Source of the DNA: Chthonomonadales bacterium
Lineage (GTDB): Bacteria; Armatimonadota; Chthonomonadetes; Chthonomonadales; Chthonomonadaceae
DNA length: 10,911 bases
NCBI GenBank assembly: GCA_038217285.1
Contig: JBBQPO010000211.1
Coordinates: forward strand, 1-10,911
Direction of reading: 5' to 3'
Both the position numbers and the translations under genes were made by a program. The notes beneath the pieces were generated by a model. It saw only the letters and a program-made list of their open reading frames with translations. It had not been told where the DNA came from and made no database searches. Shown in pieces: positions 1 through 6,510 of this stretch; position 1 is the stretch's first letter; every line of letters begins with the position of its first letter.

Positions 1-1
1 C

Positions 2-1567
2 TACACGAAGAAGCGCAGCGACACGCGCCGCTTCCGCAACTGGAAGTATATCTATCTGCTGGTCGGACTGGGCGCGCTGGTCTTCGGGGTCGATGTGCTC
101 ACCTTCGGCGATCCGATCTCGCTCATCACCCGCACCTTCACCTTCTGCATCGAACAGCCGGTGGCCTACATCTGGAACGGCCTGCTCGGCGCTTTCGACG
201 CGCTCGGCACGCATTTCCACTACGCGCTCGGCTCCGAAGTCGCGCGGATGGAGATGCCCAGCCGCCAGTACTTCAACGGCTGGTTCGTGCTGTTCATGTT
301 CATGGGCGTCATCGGGCTGTCCGGCTACCAGGAGCGCTTCTGGTGCCGCAACCTCTGCCCCTACGGCGGACTGCTCGCGCTGGTCTCCCGCGTCTCCTGG
401 CTGCGCCACTACATTAAGATGGACGGCTGCATCCACTGCAAGAAGTGCGAAGTCCAGTCGCGCATGGGCTGCTACGACAACCTCGACAAGAAGGCGACGC
501 AGGAGGAGATGCACAGCATCAGCGAGTGCATCCAGTGCTTCCGCTGCGAAACCATCTGCCCCACCGACGTCATTCAGATCCAGGCGAAAGTCCCGGCCAG
601 TATTAAAGAGGCGCTCGGCTTGGCCGTAAAGGGAACTGCCCCGCGTCCTGAGCCGCAGACGCAGATCGACCTCGGTCGCCGCCGCGTGGTCGCCGCTGTC
701 GGCGCGGGCCTGCTCTGGGGTACGGTGACGAAGGCGAACGCGGGTGAGTACCAGGGCAAGATGCGTCGGTATCACCATAACAATAAGGCGATGCGCCCGC
801 CCGGCTCCCTGCCCGAGAGCGACTTCCTCGGCGCCTGCACCCGCTGCGCGGAGTGTATGAAGGTCTGCCCGACCAACGCGCTCCAGCCCGCCTCCTTCGA
901 CACCGGCCTGCAAGGCTTGTGGACGCCCATTCTGGTGCCCTCCATCGGCCCCTGCGCCGAGAAATGTACCTCCTGCGGCGATGTCTGCCCGACAGGCGCG
1001 ATCCGCCCCTTCACATGGCAGGACAAACGCTACAAACTGAAGATGGGCCTCGCCAACGTCAACCGCTCGACCTGCGTCGCGTGGAACGGTGGGCGCGACT
1101 GCATCGTCTGCGCTGAAGTCTGCCCCTATTCCGCCGTTATCTTCATGGATACGATGGACGATACGCTACATAAGAATCCTGATCTTCCGCTCGACCATAA
1201 GGATGAGGCAGGCAAAGAGGACAACCGGGGCCGCATGAAGCGCGTTCCGACCGTCGATGAGAAACTCTGTACCGGCTGCGGCATCTGCGAATACCACTGC
1301 CCTGTTCTGCCCGATCACTCCATCGTTGTCTATACCTTTCAGGAGGATCGCGGCGAGGGCGGCGACCCGAAAGAGCCGGGAAGTTACGTTGAGCCTCACG
1401 AGCGGCCGCTGGACGGCTTCTTCCGAGGCGACTGGGATACCCGGAAAGGGATAGGCGCAGACGCGCACTACGAACCGATCAAAATACAGTTCCAGAAACA
1501 TATCGATGTGGAAGGGCCGCAGGGCGCCGCTTCTGCTGCCACCTACAATCCGAACCCTAAACCGTAA
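2..1567 (+). CDS. Membrane-bound 4Fe-4S polyferredoxin (NapH/MauN-like membrane part fused to a NapG/MauM-like ferredoxin domain); 5'-partial
   Basis: The frame is open from base 2 (YTKKRSDTRRFRNWKYIYLLVGLGALVFGVDVLTFGDP...), so the true start lies left of the window. It has hydrophobic helices, RFWCRNLCPYG (NapH-type CxxxCP), CIHCKKC and CIQCFRCETICP, an internal RRR+hydrophobic segment, then RPPGS..E..F..ACTRCAECMKVCPT, CAEKCTSCGDVCPTGAI, DCIVCAEVCPY and CTGCGICEYHCP. Stop TAA at 1565-1567. Confidence 0.9.
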   Translation, partial: YTKKRSDTRRFRNWKYIYLLVGLGALVFGVDVLTFGDPISLITRTFTFCIEQPVAYIWNGLLGAFDALGTHFHYALGSEVARMEMPSRQYFNGWFVLFMFMGVIGLSGYQERFWCRNLCPYGGLLALVSRVSWLRHYIKMDGCIHCKKCEVQSRMGCYDNLDKKATQEEMHSISECIQCFRCETICPTDVIQIQAKVPASIKEALGLAVKGTAPRPEPQTQIDLGRRRVVAAVGAGLLWGTVTKANAGEYQGKMRRYHHNNKAMRPPGSLPESDFLGACTRCAECMKVCPTNALQPASFDTGLQGLWTPILVPSIGPCAEKCTSCGDVCPTGAIRPFTWQDKRYKLKMGLANVNRSTCVAWNGGRDCIVCAEVCPYSAVIFMDTMDDTLHKNPDLPLDHKDEAGKEDNRGRMKRVPTVDEKLCTGCGICEYHCPVLPDHSIVVYTFQEDRGEGGDPKEPGSYVEPHERPLDGFFRGDWDTRKGIGADAHYEPIKIQFQKHIDVEGPQGAASAATYNPNPKP

Positions 1568-1576
1568 ACGCGGGTA

Positions 1577-1615
1577 ACCTAACCCCCCGTTCCCCTTCCC
1601 GACACGGGAAGGGGG
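1577..1615. repeat. REP-like palindromic element, copy 1
   Basis: ACCTAACCCCCCGTT followed by a perfect 10-bp hairpin CCCCTTCCCG-ACA-CGGGAAGGGG (1592-1614), starting 10 nt after the stop codon. There is no U-tract. It resembles the element at 5135-5184. Confidence 0.7.
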
Positions 1616-1677
1616 TGCCCTAACAAGCAACGATCTCGTAGCGTTCAGGAAGGTTTTGCAGAATAAGGGCGAGTTTC

Positions 1678-1711
1678 AGGCCAGTGTCCGCGATACACTG
1701 GACCTATTTTT
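1678..1711 (+). terminator. Possible intrinsic terminator or leader hairpin directly upstream of the AKR ribosome-binding site
   Basis: AGG-CCAGTGT-(CCGCGAT)-ACACTGG-A-CCT followed by ATTTTT; the GAGGAG RBS begins at 1712. Confidence 0.4.
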
Positions 1712-1725
1712 GAGGAGAATGCGTT

Positions 1726-2715
1726 TTGGAATATCGGAAAATGGGACGCACGGGCTTGCAGGTCTCGGAGATCTGTCTGGGTACGATGCAGTTCGGCTGG
1801 ACCGCCGACGAGCCGATATCGTACGCTGTGCTAGACACCTTTCGGGAGGCGGGCGGCACCTTTATCGACACCGCCGATATCTATACCAGTTGGGTGGGGG
1901 ATCTCTCCTATGGCGGCAAGACCGAGGAGTTTATCGGCCGCTGGATCGAGGCACGCGGCGGTCGGCAGGAGATCGTGCTGGCGACGAAGGTGCGCGGCAA
2001 GATGTGGGAGGGGCCGAACGGCGAGGGGCTCTCTCGCGCCCGTATCTTCCGGGCCTGCGAGGACTCACTGCGCCGTCTGAAGACCGACTACATCGATCTC
2101 TACCAGTGTCACTGGGCCGATCTGACCACTCCCATCGAGGAGACGCTGACGGCGCTGAACGATCTGGTGCGGGCCGGCAAGGTGCGCTATATCGGCGCGT
2201 CGAACTACCCGGCGTGGCGATTGATGGAGGCCCTTGCGGTTTCCGACAAGCGTGGTCTCGCCCGGTTCGACTGCTACCAGCCGGAATATTCGCTGATGGA
2301 GCGCAGTCTCTTCGAGTATGAGGCGTCGCCGCTCTGCAAGCATTATCAGCTTGGCGTGATCCCCTACTCGCCGCTGGCGGGAGGCTTCCTGACCGGCAAG
2401 TACCGCAAGGACGGGCCGTGCCCCGAGAGCGTTCGCGCGGGCGGTGTGCTTGACAAGTACGGCAATGATCGCGGCTACGCGGTCATCGACGCGCTGGTGG
2501 AGATCGGGAAAGCGCACGGCAAGACGGTCGCGCAGACCGCCCTGGCCTGGCAGTTATCGAATCCGGTCATCACCGCTCCCATTATCGGAGCTAACACGCC
2601 GGAGCAGCTCAAAGACCTGCTGGGCGCGACGGGCTATCGGCTCTCCACTGAAGAAATGAAGCGTCTGAACGATCTGACGAAGTATCCGAAAAACGGTCGC
2701 CCGATCTGGGACTAA
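1726..2715 (+). CDS. Aldo/keto reductase (NAD(P)H-dependent, cytoplasmic), 329 aa
   Basis: MEYRKMGRTGLQVSEICLGTMQFG N-terminus. The catalytic tetrad is intact: FIDTADIY (Asp, Tyr), IVLATK (Lys), DYIDLYQCHW (His). Also GKVRYIGASN, YSPLAGGFLTGKY and PIIGA. TTG start with GAGGAG at 1712-1717. Confidence 0.95.
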   Translation: MEYRKMGRTGLQVSEICLGTMQFGWTADEPISYAVLDTFREAGGTFIDTADIYTSWVGDLSYGGKTEEFIGRWIEARGGRQEIVLATKVRGKMWEGPNGEGLSRARIFRACEDSLRRLKTDYIDLYQCHWADLTTPIEETLTALNDLVRAGKVRYIGASNYPAWRLMEALAVSDKRGLARFDCYQPEYSLMERSLFEYEASPLCKHYQLGVIPYSPLAGGFLTGKYRKDGPCPESVRAGGVLDKYGNDRGYAVIDALVEIGKAHGKTVAQTALAWQLSNPVITAPIIGANTPEQLKDLLGATGYRLSTEEMKRLNDLTKYPKNGRPIWD

Positions 2716-2736
2716 AGTCTGCAGGAGACGCTAACG

Positions 2737-3102
2737 ATGATCGCGGCCTGGACGCCCCCGGAATGGGTCTATAACTGTTTTCCGAGGCCCGAACTGGAGA
2801 CCGAAGTCGTCACGCTCGACTATGTGATGGAGGCGATGCAGGCGGAGATAGCCGCCTGTACCGAATGGGATAGTACGCCGCTGGGGCGCGTCCTCCATGT
2901 GGCGCACATGCTGGTGAGCCATCAGGGAGCCGACGGCCTCTGGGCGGCGACGTTCCATCTACGTACAGGCAAGGACGTCGGAGTCGAGCGCAGCAGCGCA
3001 CCGTTGTCCCTGTTTCGTCGTCTGAACGCGATTCTCGATTCGACCGAGTTCGATTTTGCCCTGCGTCGCGGAGAAGCAGGAGTCTTGTCGCAAAAAGAGT
3101 AA
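2737..3102 (+). CDS. Hypothetical protein, 121 aa, with one QW-like motif (LVSHQGADGLW)
   Basis: ATG with AGGAG at 2723-2727. It fills the gap 21 nt after the AKR stop and has protein-like composition and GC-biased third codon positions. Confidence 0.75.
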   Translation: MIAAWTPPEWVYNCFPRPELETEVVTLDYVMEAMQAEIAACTEWDSTPLGRVLHVAHMLVSHQGADGLWAATFHLRTGKDVGVERSSAPLSLFRRLNAILDSTEFDFALRRGEAGVLSQKE

Positions 3103-3202
3103 TATCCAATCACCATAGCCCGGCAGTTCGACCCCTGCCCTGCTCTCTATTTTCATCGCCACTCCTATGCTCGGCGCCATCGGCGCGAAAGGAATGTTCA
3201 GC

Positions 3203-4237
3203 ATGCACACAGAAGAACTTGACGCCCTGAAACGGCAGAACCAGGAGAAGCCGCTCTCCCGGCGTGATTTCGTCCGCGTTCTCTCGGTCGCTTCGGCCGG
3301 GACCGGCCTGGTGACCGCTGGCCTGACCGGCCTCTCTCTGACCTCCAGCCAGCGTGCCGAGGCTGCGGAACTGATCGTCGAGACGCTCGGTAAGCTGCCA
3401 ACGGTCAAGCTCGGCCGTCTGCCGATGAAAGTCACGCCTCTCTGTATCTCGCAGGACTGGAGCCGGGATCTGCTCGCGCCCGCCCTCGATCTGGGCATCA
3501 ACTTCATCCACAAGGCCGGCTACTGGAACAACGTTCCGGACGAGATCAAGAAGCTGCCGCGTGAGTCTTACTACACGGACATCACCGTAGACAACACCAG
3601 CCCCGGCCACGATCCGGACAACTACGATGAGGCTTACAATCAGGTCAAGAACTCCCTGGCGAAGAACGACCTGAAGTACTACGACATCTATCGCGCCCAC
3701 TACGGATGGCACTCTCCCGAGAAGGTCAAGCCGGAGAACAATACCTCCTACAAGGCATTTCTCAAACTTAAAAAAGAGGGCCTGGTCAAGTACTTCGGCG
3801 TCTCCCAGCATCCCTACGACGGTACGCCCGCCGAGGTTATCGAGAAATATGCTCTGATGACCCAGGCATGCATCGATTCCGGCATCATCGACGCCATGCA
3901 GGTCTGGTACAGCTACGGCTATCCGAAAGAGGTCATGGACATCTTCGCGAAGGCCAGCAAAGCGGGCATCGGCATGACGGCGATGAAGATCAACGCGCAC
4001 GGACGCGGCAAGATGGGCGCGGATAAAGAGCGCCAGGTGGCCCTGAAGGCCGAAGGTATGATCGGACGCGCGTTGATACGGGATGTCATGACCGAGAAGC
4101 GCCCGGACGGCAAGCCGATCTTCCACACCTGCGTCTCGGCCCTGCGCAATCAGCAGACCTTCGAAGAGAACGTGGGCGGCGTCAGCAAAAAGGTCGCGAT
4201 GCGCGACGGCTTCGATCAGTTCCAGTATGAGGTCTGA
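3203..4237 (+). CDS. Tat-signal aldo/keto reductase-fold protein with non-canonical active site, 344 aa
   Basis: ATG 3203 lies 9 nt after AAAGGA (3188-3193). Twin-arginine motif SRRDFV, hydrophobic stretch and AEA-A cleavage-like site. AKR barrel landmarks: LPTVKLGR..MKVTPL, ALDLGINFI, SLAKNDLKYYDIYRAH, LKKEGLVKYFGVSQH, GIGMTAMK, RNQQTFEENV. Confidence 0.85.
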   Translation: MHTEELDALKRQNQEKPLSRRDFVRVLSVASAGTGLVTAGLTGLSLTSSQRAEAAELIVETLGKLPTVKLGRLPMKVTPLCISQDWSRDLLAPALDLGINFIHKAGYWNNVPDEIKKLPRESYYTDITVDNTSPGHDPDNYDEAYNQVKNSLAKNDLKYYDIYRAHYGWHSPEKVKPENNTSYKAFLKLKKEGLVKYFGVSQHPYDGTPAEVIEKYALMTQACIDSGIIDAMQVWYSYGYPKEVMDIFAKASKAGIGMTAMKINAHGRGKMGADKERQVALKAEGMIGRALIRDVMTEKRPDGKPIFHTCVSALRNQQTFEENVGGVSKKVAMRDGFDQFQYEV

Positions 4238-4253
4238 GTTCAGACCTGTGCGC

Positions 4254-4293
4254 TTGCCGGTGGAGATTTTCTCTGCCGGCAATTTTTATTTTT
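4254..4293 (+). terminator. Rho-independent terminator
   Basis: 13-bp stem TTGCCGGTGGAGA-(TTT)-TCTCTGCCGGCAA (two G:U pairs) followed by TTTTTATTTTT, 16 nt after the stop codon at 4237. Confidence 0.9.
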
Positions 4294-4423
4294 CTGCTTT
4301 CAGCCGGACAGAAGGAGTCCGGCCTTGAAGTGGAGAAACGGCGGGTTATCTCCCCGACAGAGTCGGGAAGAGAGAACCGCTTCCTCGCAGAAGCTCACAG
4401 AAATTTAATTGGAGGGTAACACG

Positions 4424-5131
4424 ATGACCACACCAACGGTTGCCATAAGCGTAGATTGTGTCTGCGCGGCCCAGGGAAAGTGCTTCGTCTCGGAGATCGT
4501 TGCCGCCGCGGAGCAGTACCGCGTTCCGCTCACCTGGCTCCTCGGAGTCAATGAGCACGATCCCCTCGCCAACATCAAGCTCTACCACAACGAATACCTG
4601 CACCGTATCCCCGCCTGGCATGAACTGGGCCTTCACCTCACCTTCGATACCGGCGTCAACAGCACCATCGCTCGCGGCGACCTGATCCGCATCGGCAAAG
4701 ATATTCTCAAGCAGTTCTCCATCAAGCCGACCGCCTTCCGCGCCGCGCATGGCGATCTGGAGGCCGATGACCTGCGCGCCCTCGAAGACATCGGCATTCT
4801 CGTCGATTCGACCCCCGGCTCCAGCGCGGGCCGCCCGGTCGGCTCCCCGACCGCCCCCTACCATCCCTCCTACACGCATTTGCATCAGCCCGGCGACGCC
4901 CGCCTGTGGGTCGTTCCCGTCGCGAACGTCGGCGGCGCACGCGGCTATCTGGACGAAGGGCTGGATCGCATCAAACCGGTGATAGACGCCCATCTTCAGG
5001 AATCGCCTTACCTCAGTCTCGCCCTGCACGACTGCAAAGACAACGCCGACAACCTGCGTCATGTCGTGGACTATCTGAAAAAGCGCGGCGCGCGCTTCGT
5101 CACCATGACCCAACTCGCTACCGAACTCTGA
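4424..5131 (+). CDS. Polysaccharide deacetylase-like (CE4/NodB barrel) protein with degenerate metal motifs, 235 aa
   Basis: ATG 4424 with GGAGG at 4411-4415. Ordered CE4-like landmarks: VAISVD, VPLTWLL, HELGLH, PTAFRA, LEDIGILVDST, PYHP, LWVVPV, LALHD, VDYLKKRGARFVTM. Confidence 0.8.
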   Translation: MTTPTVAISVDCVCAAQGKCFVSEIVAAAEQYRVPLTWLLGVNEHDPLANIKLYHNEYLHRIPAWHELGLHLTFDTGVNSTIARGDLIRIGKDILKQFSIKPTAFRAAHGDLEADDLRALEDIGILVDSTPGSSAGRPVGSPTAPYHPSYTHLHQPGDARLWVVPVANVGGARGYLDEGLDRIKPVIDAHLQESPYLSLALHDCKDNADNLRHVVDYLKKRGARFVTMTQLATEL

Positions 5132-5134
5132 CGA

Positions 5135-5184
5135 ACCTACTCCCCCGGCCCCTTCCCAATACAGGAAGGGGCCGGGGGTTAGGT
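5135..5184. repeat. REP-like palindromic element, copy 2
   Basis: Perfect 15-bp stem CCCCCGGCCCCTTCC-(CAATACA)-GGAAGGGGCCGGGGG (5142-5178), extended by ACCTA/TAGGT. It starts 3 nt after the stop codon and has no U-tract. Its reverse complement ACCTAACCCCCGGCCCCTTCC..GGGAAGGGG matches copy 1. Confidence 0.75.
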
Positions 5185-5262
5185 GGCCCGGTAAAGCGAC
5201 TGGACGGCAGAGAGCGGGAAGAACCTGCAAATCGATTCATTTGAAAGGCATCGGGTTCGCGG

Positions 5263-6510
5263 ATGACGCGTTTACGTGGTGAAGGGTTGGGGGCCGGGAT
5301 GGCGTTGGGAACGGCGGTGGTCGTGCAGATGCGCGACGGCCTGCCGACGCTGCCGGATCCGCCGGAGCGGATGGCGCGGGCGGTTGGTTCTCGCCGCGTC
5401 TCCGAACGCCCGGAAGTTATTCTGGTAGCGGACGACTATCGCACGGCCCTGGCTCTGTCCGGGGCGCTGCCGTGGGCGAAAGTGGCGGGGATCGCGGCGG
5501 CGAGCGGCGGCGCGGGCGCAAGTGTTCCGCCCTTCCCTGCTGTCGTCAATGCAACGGGGCTGATGGATGTGGTGCAGAACGACCTTCTGCTGCTCGTCGA
5601 TGCGGAGCGCGGGGTCGTGTTCGTGGATCCCAACCCGGTCGCCCTGGCGCAGTACTCGGCGCAGTACGCGCATATCGCCCCGAAACATCGCCTCTATCTG
5701 GATGAGGAGCATCAGCCTGCCCTGACGATCGACGGCCTACGGGTACAGATCGTCGCGCGGCTACGCAAGTGGGAGGAGATCGCGACGGCGCTGCAGCAGG
5801 GCGTGGACGCGCTGCACTTGCCGCTGGGCAATACGCTGCTGCCCGCGACCGCCGAGGACGCCGACCTGCGTCACGAACTGTTTCGGTTGATCGACGCGTC
5901 GGCCGGCAAGCCGCTTTTTATTTCGGATCGCTTTACCCTGCCGCTGCCGACGGTGCTCATGGCGGCAGCCAAAGCCGATCTAACCATAGCGATCCCGCCG
6001 CAGGAGACGCTGGACGGCCTGGGCTTCGTCGAGTTGACGGCGGAGATGCGCGATGCGGAGACGGAGTGCTACGAGGAGGATCAGGTCTGCGCGCTGCCCC
6101 GTCTCGCCGCCGATCTGGGCGGGATGACGGAGTGGGGCGAGGATGCAGAGGCAGCACAGGCGCTGGTGGAGCGGCTGGCGGGCCAGGGCGCGACGCGACT
6201 GATAATCGGCCTCGACCAGGAGGCGCTGACCGAAGGAACGCTGCTGGTTCTGGAGCCGCTGCTGGCGGCGTCGCAGATCAATCTGATTCCCGCCTTCGTC
6301 TCGGCCTCGCCTTTTAGCTTCAACGCCTTCGGCCAGAACGATCTGCCGGACACGCTGGAGACAGCCATCCGTCTCTTGATCGGGGCGGGCGCGGCGGGAA
6401 TTCTGGTTCCGGCGGATCAGGTCGAAGCGGCGAAGCGCACCGTTCGCGAACAGAACGCGGCGGAGTGCCGGGATCTGTTGCGACAGGTCTTGCAGGAGGC
6501 GGGCGGATGA
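5263..6510 (+). CDS. Degenerate PTS Enzyme I (PtsI/PtsP)-like protein lacking the phospho-His and HPr-binding domain, 415 aa
   Basis: Colinear similarity to Enzyme I: LRGEGLGAGMALGTAVV, EVILVADD, KVAGIAAASGG, PAVV, LLLVDAERGVVFVDP, PALTIDGLRVQIVA, ALQQGVDAL, AGKPLFI, LLIGAGAAGILV..QVEAAKRTVR. The GGxTSH, RTEF and CGE motifs are absent. The RBS is weak. Confidence 0.8.
   Translation: MTRLRGEGLGAGMALGTAVVVQMRDGLPTLPDPPERMARAVGSRRVSERPEVILVADDYRTALALSGALPWAKVAGIAAASGGAGASVPPFPAVVNATGLMDVVQNDLLLLVDAERGVVFVDPNPVALAQYSAQYAHIAPKHRLYLDEEHQPALTIDGLRVQIVARLRKWEEIATALQQGVDALHLPLGNTLLPATAEDADLRHELFRLIDASAGKPLFISDRFTLPLPTVLMAAAKADLTIAIPPQETLDGLGFVELTAEMRDAETECYEEDQVCALPRLAADLGGMTEWGEDAEAAQALVERLAGQGATRLIIGLDQEALTEGTLLVLEPLLAASQINLIPAFVSASPFSFNAFGQNDLPDTLETAIRLLIGAGAAGILVPADQVEAAKRTVREQNAAECRDLLRQVLQEAGG

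Noticed and set aside
4230..4247. Palindrome AGGTCTGA-GT-TCAGACCT overlapping the Tat-AKR stop codon
   Set aside because: It is a single copy upstream of the terminator and not in a promoter position, so no function can be supported.
3110..4282. 390-aa minus-strand ORF
   Set aside because: It is the in-register antisense shadow of the Tat-AKR gene, expected with strong GC3 bias, and has no recognisable motifs.
4346..5230. 294-aa minus-strand ORF whose N-terminus (HLTPGPFLYWEGAGG) crosses the palindrome
   Set aside because: It is the antisense shadow of the CE4-like gene; its N-terminus is simply the translated repeat.
5221..5258. GAACCTG/CGGGTTC pairing enclosing CAAAT-N6-ATTTG upstream of the pseudo-EI start
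   Set aside because: The stems are short and weak, within chance expectation, and match no known RNA family.
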